A stretch of 38,597 nucleotides of DNA from Theionarchaea archaeon (GTDB lineage: Archaea; Methanobacteriota_B; Thermococci; Methanofastidiosales; SZ-28-30), in NCBI GenBank assembly GCA_018992685.1, contig JACVGT010000016.1:1-38597 (forward strand), written 5' to 3'. The notes beneath the pieces were generated by a model. That model had not been told where the DNA came from, did no database searches, and saw nothing but the letters and a program-made list of their open reading frames with translations. Position numbers and translations under genes: made by a program. This document shows, piece after piece, positions 9,780-18,030 of this stretch. Position 1 is the first letter of the stretch. Each line of letters starts with the position of its first letter.

Positions 9780-10403
9780 ATCGGAGTAATACATATCATC
9801 CGTAAGAGGAGGTCTATTCGTCATTTCAAGACTGATTTTGTACGGCCAGAAGCTATCAAGGTTATTCTGGACGCTGCACGGTGGTCACCCTCTTCCAACA
9901 ACAGCCAGCCCTGGCAATTTGTGGTGGTCTCTGAAAAAGAAGAGAAAGTGCCCTTAGCTGAGCTGTATGTCGATGCATACAAGAAGGAAGCTGAGGACCT
10001 GCTTTTCAGGGCAGATTCAGAAGAACGATTCAAAGATCCTTTCCAAGTGAAAAAGAGGATTTTGGGCATGCTGGATATGCTCCGCCACCAGATTCTGGAT
10101 CCCCCTTACATTATTGTAGTGTGTGCAGACCCGAAAAAGTCAAAATCCTATCTCTTTGAGTCGGGAGCTGCTGTCCAGAATATGATGCTTACTGCATGGG
10201 ATCTGAACCTGGGATCATGCTGCATTGAGTTGAGTACCACCCTTCTGTCAGAGTACTTCCAGATGGACAAACTCAAGTATGTGCTGGATATCCCCGACGA
10301 GATTGAAGTCGTAGCTCTACTGCCTATAGGGAAGATTGCCAAGATGCCGGCAAATCCGCGAAGAGAAATCCTGAAGGATTTTCATCATACGGAATTCTGG
10401 TAG
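9780..10403 (+). CDS. Nitroreductase-family flavoprotein (probable non-AUG start)
   Basis: The frame upstream of the ORF-track start encodes IGVIHIIRKRRSIRHF...AARWSPSSNNSQPWQF. Later AVQNMMLTAWDLNLGSC is also family-typical. Confidence 0.88.
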   Translation: MGVIHIIRKRRSIRHFKTDFVRPEAIKVILDAARWSPSSNNSQPWQFVVVSEKEEKVPLAELYVDAYKKEAEDLLFRADSEERFKDPFQVKKRILGMLDMLRHQILDPPYIIVVCADPKKSKSYLFESGAAVQNMMLTAWDLNLGSCCIELSTTLLSEYFQMDKLKYVLDIPDEIEVVALLPIGKIAKMPANPRREILKDFHHTEFW

Positions 10404-10747
10404 CCTTGATATCCAGTCTTCTTTTTTATTTCTTCCCACAATCGTTTTTCGACTCCGGGATTTGTCTTGAATCCTTTCTTCTTAAGGGCTCCAATAAAGG
10501 CCGCAAACGTTTTCCTGTTTCCCACGCCGAATTCCTGCACATATTCATCAACATATCCTTCTTGTATTATCTGATCAGCAATCCTTTTCTCCCAGGATAG
10601 GCCCATGAAGGCAGAGGCTACAAAGAAAAAGGCTATAAAGAGGACGCCAAACCTGATCCATTCATTGTCAATCATGGTTGATATGTAGACAGCTCCAACA
10701 ACAATTAAGACAGACATGATCAATCCAAAGGTAGGTACTCGAGCCAT
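10385..10747 (-). CDS. Small membrane protein with two TM helices and a soluble C-terminus
   Basis: Two hydrophobic segments at the N-terminus, and a TTAAAAA TATA-like element about 25 nt upstream. Confidence 0.7.
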   Translation of the reverse strand: MARVPTFGLIMSVLIVVGAVYISTMIDNEWIRFGVLFIAFFFVASAFMGLSWEKRIADQIIQEGYVDEYVQEFGVGNRKTFAAFIGALKKKGFKTNPGVEKRLWEEIKKKTGYQGYQNSV

Positions 10748-11296
10748 GGGTGGAGTAGGAAGTGCTGCTTTTTAATCTATCGGGTTGGGAGTTGCCTGTT
10801 CTGTATGCTGTTTCGGCTGGGAAATCTCATGGACGGGTTATAGTGGAGAGATTTCTATGATGAAGTTTTCTCTTTGAGACTCAATCCCACTGTTCCGTTT
10901 GTCTTCGATCTTAGTTCGCGTGATGTTCTTAATGGTTCCTGAACGTTCGGTCACGCGATACTGAATGCAGAACTGAGGTGTTTGACCCCCAGCTGTCTTT
11001 TGTCGGGACGACGTGTCACAGCTACATATGCTGTCCAAGACTCTCGTTGGCGGGCCCGTGCCTTCTGGTAGCTGCTTGCACCCGTGTGGAATTGCCTGCC
11101 TTCTGACGTGCAGTCGCGCTTCTCATGCCAGCAGGTTCTTCTGAAGAACGTGAGACTCTTCCTCAAGACCGATTCTCCTCCTGGTCTCAGGTGCTTTTTC
11201 ACTGCAATGGAGCCTCTTTTCATACTACCTGTTTGAGAGAATACTCCCAAGAACAATCCACTGAAACCTTTAATAAGCTGAACAAGAACCTGACAT

Positions 11297-12175
11297 ATGC
11301 GCTCATGGACAACGAGAGAACGTATGGATGACCAAGTGGTCACTGCATTGAATGTAGTAATCCCCACCAAGGGATGTTCCTGGAATAAATGCCATATGTG
11401 TTCATATGCCCTGGATTCAGAGACTGCCGACTTCCTACCAGAATTTATCGCGCTAATGGATCAGGATTTCCAAAAGATTAAAATATTCACCTCAGGCAGC
11501 TTCTTGGACAGTGAGGAACTGCCCAGCCCCATACGAAACAAGATTCTGGACATTATCAAGAAGAAGAAAGTCAAAGAATTGAGTATCGAAACAAGGCCCG
11601 AATTTGCAGAAGAAGCATGTCTTGTCCGGGACTACTTAAAGGAAGACAATATCACCCTTGAAGTCGCCATGGGACTTGAATCATCGAATGACCGGATACT
11701 TCAATATTACATTAACAAGGGGTTCACCTTCAAAGATTTCGTACGAGCTGCGACTGCCCTGGAAGGGATGAAGAAAAAGGCATACCTCTTGGTCAAGCCT
11801 CCTTTTCTAACTGAATATGAGGCGATAGAAGACGCAGTGAGATCAGCAGAAGATGTTGCTGAGATGGTAGATGTCATCTCCTTCAACCCCGTGGCTATCC
11901 ACAGGAAAACACTGGTGGAATACCTCTGGAGAACAGGGAACTACAAGCCTCCATGGATGTGGTCTGTCGTAGAAGTTCTTAACAGGACACGCCATCTGTC
12001 TCCTCAAATTGTCTGTCACCCGGTGGCAGTGGGAAAGAGGAGAGGTATCAGAAATTGCAGAAAATGCACCGGAACACTGGCCAGAAAAGTTCAGGACTAC
12101 TCTCTGGACAACGAGGAAATTACCCATGAGTGCTCGTGTAAAGATGAATGGTTGAGGGAAGTACAAACGGTCTGA
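11297..12175 (+). CDS. raSEA: Archaeosine biosynthesis radical SAM enzyme (RaSEA, TIGR01210-like)
   Basis: GCSWNKCHMC cluster motif, KIFTSGSFLD, ETRPE, INKGF, KAYLLVKPPFL.E.EAIED, Y.PPW.WS and NC..C...C.C. Confidence 0.85.
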   Translation: MRSWTTRERMDDQVVTALNVVIPTKGCSWNKCHMCSYALDSETADFLPEFIALMDQDFQKIKIFTSGSFLDSEELPSPIRNKILDIIKKKKVKELSIETRPEFAEEACLVRDYLKEDNITLEVAMGLESSNDRILQYYINKGFTFKDFVRAATALEGMKKKAYLLVKPPFLTEYEAIEDAVRSAEDVAEMVDVISFNPVAIHRKTLVEYLWRTGNYKPPWMWSVVEVLNRTRHLSPQIVCHPVAVGKRRGIRNCRKCTGTLARKVQDYSLDNEEITHECSCKDEWLREVQTV

Positions 12176-12235
12176 ATTCTTTTCCCTGCACCCTCCACCC
12201 CCAACCTTATTAAAGGTGTACACCACCCGGAACCA

Positions 12236-12892
12236 ATGGTACGAGTTGTCTCTTTTGATGTTGACGGGACGCTGGTAGATTCCAAATTCACTGATTGTGT
12301 ATGGTGGGAGGGAATTCCCCGCCTGTATGCCAGCCGACACAATACAGATTTGGATACTTCTAAGAAAATCGTACGCGAAGAATACGAGAGAATCGGTGAG
12401 GAAGATATTCGTTGGTATCAGCTGGAGTACTGGTTCAATCGTTTTGGTTTGAATGAATCACCTGCTCATCTCTTGAACTCATACAAACATCGTGTGAGCC
12501 TCTACAAGGATGTTATTCCTACACTGGAAAGCCTCAGTGCAGACTACACTCTTGTTGTGGCTTCCAATGCTCATAGGGATTTTCTTTCTCTCACTCTGTC
12601 TGAAATAGATTCTTATTTTGACTGTATTTTTTCTGCAGTATCGGATTTCAACGATGTAAGAAAACATGAGGATTTCTACTGGAAAATGTGCAGAGTCCTG
12701 GATATCACTCCAGGAGACATTGCCCACGTGGGTGATCACTACAAATTTGACTATGAAGTTCCCTCATCAATGGGAATCCATGCGTTCTACCTGAGGAGAC
12801 CGACACAAGAAAAGAAAGACCGGGATAGACCTCCTGAACCTCTCATCACCAATTTGAAGGACTTTGAAAATGAAGTCAGACGCCTCCCTTAA
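12236..12892 (+). CDS. HAD-superfamily hydrolase
   Basis: FDVDGTLVD motif I, ASNA motif II and HVGD...D motif IV. Confidence 0.9.
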   Translation: MVRVVSFDVDGTLVDSKFTDCVWWEGIPRLYASRHNTDLDTSKKIVREEYERIGEEDIRWYQLEYWFNRFGLNESPAHLLNSYKHRVSLYKDVIPTLESLSADYTLVVASNAHRDFLSLTLSEIDSYFDCIFSAVSDFNDVRKHEDFYWKMCRVLDITPGDIAHVGDHYKFDYEVPSSMGIHAFYLRRPTQEKKDRDRPPEPLITNLKDFENEVRRLP

Positions 12893-13020
12893 GGCATGAT
12901 ACCCAACCCCTCTGATGCTCCGGAAGCATCCAAATCCCTCCCCTCTCTGGATTCACAGGTTTGTTGATCCATATCTCTCTTCCATTCTTCTGACTACACA
13001 ATATTCCACTTCATCGGGAA

Positions 13021-14139
13021 CTACAGAGGGGCTTTTCGTTCTTTGATGATAATATCTCTTTTCCTGAGTTCTTCCATGAATATTTTTCCGGGAACAGTCC
13101 TTTCCGGGGGCAGAGCGCCTCTCTTTGTGATGATTCCATTTCCAATCATCTGGGCTATGATGGAGGTAGGAAATGCTGTGGTCCTAGCCATTGCTGTCAT
13201 TTTGTCCTTCTGACTGTAGTAATCCACCATCTCAAGAACTGTCACTCCTTTTCTCCCTCTGGCTGTTATTCGCATCAGGACAACGTCCTCTTCCTGGTGG
13301 GGGAGGACCCTTTCCAATACACGTCCTAGGACATCCCTGGGTTTCACCATGCAGGTCCCCACAGCAACTGGTTCCTCACTGCCCAGCCCGGCATCAAGCA
13401 GCGTTCTCATCTTCTCACAGTATCCTTGATACCGAATTGTCTTGCAGTCCAGATCATCCAGCCGACCCTCGTATGTGTTGACCAGCGTGCTGGTGCCACC
13501 AGATGTCAGAAAAGCCTCCAACACTCCAAAAGAAGAGAATTCTACGTCTTCTACTTCAGTCAGGGATTCTTTCTCCTGTATGACACCCTCTCTGATTATC
13601 ACTGCCTTTTGAATATACTCATTCAGCAGACCGTGAACACTGAACACCAGGGTATAATTGAAAGGAGGCCGAGGGTTCTGAGGTAGTCCCCCCACCCTGA
13701 TGGCGACCTGTGAAGCATCCGCTTCCTCAATGGACAAGGCGGTCAAGACATTGGACATTCCAGGAGCTAACCCACAATCAGGGACAATGAGGACATCAGC
13801 GTTCTCTGCCCTGTCGTGGAAAGCTAATTCTTGATTCACAATGTCAGTGTTACCTCCTAAATCACAGAAATGACATCCTGCTTCAATAGCAGCAGATGCC
13901 AGGTCAAGATTCAGAAAATAGGGGACAGCAGAGATGGTCACATCACAGTCTGCCATGTGCCTGACAACAGAATCTCTGTTAGTAACGTCAAGGACAGCGC
14001 CTTCTGCCCCTGTTAACTCCTGTACTGCTTCGACCATCCGTGAATCTGCATCGGCAACAACTGTGTCTACACCATTCAGGGTGAGATCGTGAGCAAGTGC
14101 TCTTCCCATCATTCCTGCGCCCAGAACAAGAACTTTCAT
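13021..14139 (-). CDS. Saccharopine dehydrogenase/lysine 6-dehydrogenase family oxidoreductase
   Basis: MKVLVLGAGMMG Rossmann motif, DLGG, DCGLAPGMSN, VGGLPQ.P.PP and AMARTT. Start moved to ATG 14139. Confidence 0.88.
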   Translation of the reverse strand: MKVLVLGAGMMGRALAHDLTLNGVDTVVADADSRMVEAVQELTGAEGAVLDVTNRDSVVRHMADCDVTISAVPYFLNLDLASAAIEAGCHFCDLGGNTDIVNQELAFHDRAENADVLIVPDCGLAPGMSNVLTALSIEEADASQVAIRVGGLPQNPRPPFNYTLVFSVHGLLNEYIQKAVIIREGVIQEKESLTEVEDVEFSSFGVLEAFLTSGGTSTLVNTYEGRLDDLDCKTIRYQGYCEKMRTLLDAGLGSEEPVAVGTCMVKPRDVLGRVLERVLPHQEEDVVLMRITARGRKGVTVLEMVDYYSQKDKMTAMARTTAFPTSIIAQMIGNGIITKRGALPPERTVPGKIFMEELRKRDIIIKERKAPL

Positions 14140-14392
14140 GAGTCTGTACTTTTGTCTCAAAAATAAAAACCTTTGTACTGTGACAATCATCAGTTCGTCT
14201 GGACTTAACTCAATCACGAAATATCGCAAATAATCTCATTCAGGGCAATTCCCTGTACACATGATCAAGAAAGTCTGTAAGGAAACTTGCGAGAATTGCA
14301 GTAATTGTGCAACCCCAATCTACATTTGAGCCTCGAGGAATTACAATAACCTTTATAAACTACTTCTGGATAGTGCTGCTGAGGTGTTTTTA

Positions 14393-14821
14393 ATGCCGGT
14401 AATTGGAATCAGAATGGATAAACTAGAAGCTGAAAGAAAAGAAAACGTTAGACTTGAGGGACAGATGAGGATTTCGCCAAACCCCCGTATCCTGCAGATG
14501 CAGGAAACCCAGATTCCCGGGCCCACTGGCAAGGCCAACATTCTTGAGATTCAATTTGAATATGCTGTTAATTATGATCCTCCCGTGGGTGACATCAAGG
14601 TCACTGGAACAATCATGTTCCAGGAAGCTGAAAACATCAGAAAGCAACTCCTGGACACCTGGAAGGAGAACAGGCAGATTCATCCTGAAATGGGAAAAGA
14701 GATTGTCTACAGAATGACTCACCATGCATTTCTGGTGATGATGAACTTGGCTCGTGAGCTGAACCTCCCCAGTCCCCTACCCATTAGGATTCAGACCCAA
14801 GAAGGGCAGCCAGCAACATGA
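14393..14821 (+). CDS. Conserved archaeal hypothetical protein, possibly SecB-like fold
   Basis: Alternating beta-strand pattern followed by a helix and an 'LNLPSPLP' end. TTTATAAA box and GAGGTG SD. The fold call is inference. Confidence 0.7.
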   Translation: MPVIGIRMDKLEAERKENVRLEGQMRISPNPRILQMQETQIPGPTGKANILEIQFEYAVNYDPPVGDIKVTGTIMFQEAENIRKQLLDTWKENRQIHPEMGKEIVYRMTHHAFLVMMNLARELNLPSPLPIRIQTQEGQPAT

Positions 14822-16053
14822 AAGTAAGAGTAAATTATGGAAAGGGCTTCAAAGAAGTTGAAGCCGAAAAGGCTGTCATTGCTTCACCAAATGACGTGGA
14901 AGAACGCAATCAAGCAGCTGTGTTGAAGGAATCGCTGGATAACCCAATAGATTCCAATCCACTTCCTTTTTTCATTGAGAATGAATTTCTCCTGGTTGTC
15001 AACGATGCTCAGAGGCCCACTCCCACACCCATTATTCTGGATTCCCTGTTGGAACGGGTCGAGCACAAACGGTTCGAAGTTGCGGTTGCTACAGGTTCCC
15101 ATTCTCCCCCCACTGAGGAGGAATTGGTCTACATATTCGGACGCCATCTTTCTGGTCTACGGGACAGAATATATGTTCACAAAGCACTTGATCACCCCCA
15201 TACGTATTATGGAACTACGTCACAGGGGACGGAAGTGTATTTTGATGAGATACTCACCCGGTATGACAACGTGGTGGCCATCACCTCGGTGGAACCGCAC
15301 TATTTTGCAGGATTCACCGGAGGGAGAAAATCTCTCTTGCCGGGACTGGCCGCATTTGAAACAATCGAACACAACCATCAGTTCGCCATGAGAAAGGAAG
15401 CCAGAAATCTTGCCCTCAGGGGAAACCCAGTCCATGAAGGGATGGAAGAAGCTGTGAACCTGGTGAAGGCGAATATTTGTTCAGTAAATACCATTCTGGA
15501 TAAGAATCGACGTATATACGCCTGCAGTTCAGGAAATATCATCAGCAGCTTCTACCAGGCAGTCCGGTGGGCAGAAGATGTGTACTGTGTACCTACCAGA
15601 AAGTACGATATCGTCTTGGCTGCTGCCTCATACCCTCTTGATGGAAATCTGTACCAAGCCCAGAAAGCCATAGAAAATGGGAAACTGGCCCTGAATGATG
15701 GAGGAATTCTTATTCTGGTGGCCCAGTGTAAAGACGGTATAGGTCCCGACAAATTCTATAACTTGTTGAAGGAGAGCAAAACACCCTGGGAAACCCTGGA
15801 TGTTCTCACCCGGGAATATAAACTTGGATATCACAAAGCTGGCAAGATCGCCGAACTGGCTACACGAGCCCATATCTGGGCTGTGACTGACCTAGAAGAT
15901 GAAATCCTTAGAAATGCTTTCATGACCCCCTATCATTCTATCCAAGAAGCAGTGGATGATGCAGTGCGTGAAGTGGGAGGGGACATTCTCTTTCTCCCTG
16001 AAGCAAGTACCACTGTCCCCTTATGCAGAGAGGTCTGTCAGACTCCTCACTAG
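14818..16053 (+). CDS. larA: LarA-family nickel-pincer-dependent racemase/epimerase
   Basis: NDAQRPTPT, ATGSH, EPHYFAGFTGGRKS, HNH and NLYQAQKA motifs. Confidence 0.9.
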   Translation: MKVRVNYGKGFKEVEAEKAVIASPNDVEERNQAAVLKESLDNPIDSNPLPFFIENEFLLVVNDAQRPTPTPIILDSLLERVEHKRFEVAVATGSHSPPTEEELVYIFGRHLSGLRDRIYVHKALDHPHTYYGTTSQGTEVYFDEILTRYDNVVAITSVEPHYFAGFTGGRKSLLPGLAAFETIEHNHQFAMRKEARNLALRGNPVHEGMEEAVNLVKANICSVNTILDKNRRIYACSSGNIISSFYQAVRWAEDVYCVPTRKYDIVLAAASYPLDGNLYQAQKAIENGKLALNDGGILILVAQCKDGIGPDKFYNLLKESKTPWETLDVLTREYKLGYHKAGKIAELATRAHIWAVTDLEDEILRNAFMTPYHSIQEAVDDAVREVGGDILFLPEASTTVPLCREVCQTPH

Positions 16054-16138
16054 TAGTCCTGATTCACAAAGGATACGTAATCATGATTCTTTTGACCTTG
16101 ACCAAAAGATTTATATTTTGGATGGTCTATCCATCCAT

Positions 16139-16528
16139 ATGAAGAGAAAGCTGATCGGTATTGTACTCATTGTCGTGGCTGTGTCTTGTCTGTGTTTAGG
16201 TCAAGGTGAAAAAGGAATAGGGGCAGGGGACCTGACTGAGACTGCGTACACAGTGGTGGTGGATACTACACTCCGGGAAGATGGATCTCTCATAGAATAT
16301 GGGGGGAGAGTTCCATCAGGAAGCAATATATTTGACGCTCTGACTGCATGCGGCATCCTCTATGAAGAGGAGGGAGGATTTGTCACATCCATTAATGGAA
16401 TAGAGCAGAATCCGTCCGAGAATATCTACTGGATATACTACGTAAACGGAGAGCTGGGCCAGGTGGGAGCAGCAGACTACGTGGTGGAGGAGGGAGACGA
16501 AATCACATGGAAACTGGAGAAGTTCTAG
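16139..16528 (+). CDS. DUF4430 (transcobalamin C-terminal-like) domain exported or lipid-anchored protein
   Basis: Signal MKRKLIGIVLIVVAVSCLCLG, then GFVTSINGI...YWIYYVNGE..VGA.DY.V.EGDEITW. Confidence 0.85.
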   Translation: MKRKLIGIVLIVVAVSCLCLGQGEKGIGAGDLTETAYTVVVDTTLREDGSLIEYGGRVPSGSNIFDALTACGILYEEEGGFVTSINGIEQNPSENIYWIYYVNGELGQVGAADYVVEEGDEITWKLEKF

Positions 16529-17028
16529 CAAGGACAGCTATTTTTATTGGCCTTGCAGCAGCAATTAAGATTGTTCTGGCTTCCATACCAAATGTTGAGC
16601 TGGTGACCCTCTGGATAGCTGTTGTTACACTGGTCTATGGGCTGAGGGTGGGTGTCATGGTGGCGTTTCTTGGAAATTTGGTGGCTGACATGTACATTGG
16701 GTTTGGGCCGTGGACTCTATTTGTTTCACTTGGATTTGTGTTGGTTGCATGCACCGTGTGGACAGCCAAACCACTTTTGACGCGTTCTCTCTCCTACGGA
16801 TTGATTGCAGCAGCAGCTACTGTTATATTCGACGTATTCACCGTGGTAACCAGCATGTCGCTGCTTTTTGGCTATTCACTAAAAATGGCACTCTTTCAGC
16901 AATATGGCCTATTTGTTCCTCCCGCGTACTATCCTTTTGGCTGGATTCACTTGGGAAGCAATGCCATCATCTTTTATATTCTGGCTAATCCCTTAATCAA
17001 GAGTCTGAAGAAAGTGAACCACCAGTAA
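16507..17028 (+). CDS. ECF transporter S component (CbrT-like, putative cobalamin)
   Basis: Highly hydrophobic 173 aa with IPNVE and GFGPWT motifs. Overlaps the DUF4430 gene. Confidence 0.75.
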   Translation: METGEVLARTAIFIGLAAAIKIVLASIPNVELVTLWIAVVTLVYGLRVGVMVAFLGNLVADMYIGFGPWTLFVSLGFVLVACTVWTAKPLLTRSLSYGLIAAAATVIFDVFTVVTSMSLLFGYSLKMALFQQYGLFVPPAYYPFGWIHLGSNAIIFYILANPLIKSLKKVNHQ

Positions 17029-17040
17029 TAGAAAAGTCAG

Positions 17041-17061
17041 GAAAGAATAAAAAAAGAAAAA
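17041..17061 (-). terminator. Oligo-T archaeal terminator
   Basis: The minus strand reads TTTTCTTTTTTTATTCTTTC directly after the stop at 17062. Confidence 0.45.
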
Positions 17062-17895
17062 TTAAAAGAAGAAGATATCTACAAATTCTGCAGTATCTTC
17101 TCCTGTATATTTGACGATCACCACAACAGGATGGAGGTCCTGTTTTTCTCCGGAAACCATCCAGATGAGTACCTTGTCCAGTTCCCGTGAGATCCATCTC
17201 CCTTTGAGATGCTTTCCATTGAGAATGTCTCTCAGGTAGATAGAAGCTGCCAGAGTACCTTCTCTGCCATTTCCTGCTACCACAAGAGTTCCGAGCTGCC
17301 TGTTACCATTAATCACATCTTCCAGCGTTTCTCCATTGAGAAATGGCTGATTGGGCAGAAATGCGATAATCCCATATTCATCACCAACATACTGTGTGGG
17401 TTCTCCTTCAACGAAAGAGGTAATAGTCCACGTGTCGTTTTGGTGATCTTTGAGCAGTTTCAGGGGTAGTTCCAAGTTCAGTTCTCTGGTGATCATATTC
17501 ACGTCGGGGCCACCCACTGAGACCAGAATGACTCCCTCATCTAGTCCCTGAACACTCTCCATGTCAACAGTGCACATACCGAGTGAGTCCAGTGCTACAG
17601 GATTGACACCCAGGAAGTTCAGCTTGAGATCAGGGCGCTTGAACGTGATTCTCCTCTGGCTGTCATTGATCCAGGATTGCAGGCCAAGCTTGACAAAGGC
17701 AGAAGCAACGACATCTTGTGGGTGTGCTTCCCGTCCCACCAGGACAACAGATCCGGGGTCCAGTCTGAGGTTTGGTCTTAGCAGCAGTGGAAGCTGCGGG
17801 GCTGGCCCAGCCGTTAACTCAGCTCCTCCAAAAGAGAGCATCTGAAGGCCGAGCACGCAGAGTACAAATAAGACTACTAGTTTCAGGCTAACCAC
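17062..17895 (-). CDS. Exported protein carrying Methanococcales/Thermococcales S-layer-type N/C-terminal domain motifs
   Basis: Signal peptide, VVLVGREAHPQDVVAS, SVGGPDVNMITREL and LVVAGNGREGTLAA. The true start may be CTG 17886. Confidence 0.68.
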   Translation of the reverse strand: MVSLKLVVLFVLCVLGLQMLSFGGAELTAGPAPQLPLLLRPNLRLDPGSVVLVGREAHPQDVVASAFVKLGLQSWINDSQRRITFKRPDLKLNFLGVNPVALDSLGMCTVDMESVQGLDEGVILVSVGGPDVNMITRELNLELPLKLLKDHQNDTWTITSFVEGEPTQYVGDEYGIIAFLPNQPFLNGETLEDVINGNRQLGTLVVAGNGREGTLAASIYLRDILNGKHLKGRWISRELDKVLIWMVSGEKQDLHPVVVIVKYTGEDTAEFVDIFFF

Positions 17896-18030
17896 CTCCT
17901 ACATTTTATTTGGTTCGTCTGGTAATGATCATTGATTAGCGATAGTATATAAATGTTTCGGTTAACGACATCAGCGACAGAAGAGACATGAGGCTGAAAG
18001 AGAAGCAAGATTTTTAACTGATGGCGAAAG

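Noticed and set aside
10790-11200. RNase P RNA, suggested by GAGGAA and GGGTGCAAG on the minus strand
   Set aside because: The two motifs are too close and the conserved 3' P4 strand (ACAGAA...GCTTA) is missing.
10838-11370. Short ORFs 10838-11038, 10951-11370 and 11125-11331
   Set aside because: No recognisable motifs and atypical composition; treated as non-coding.
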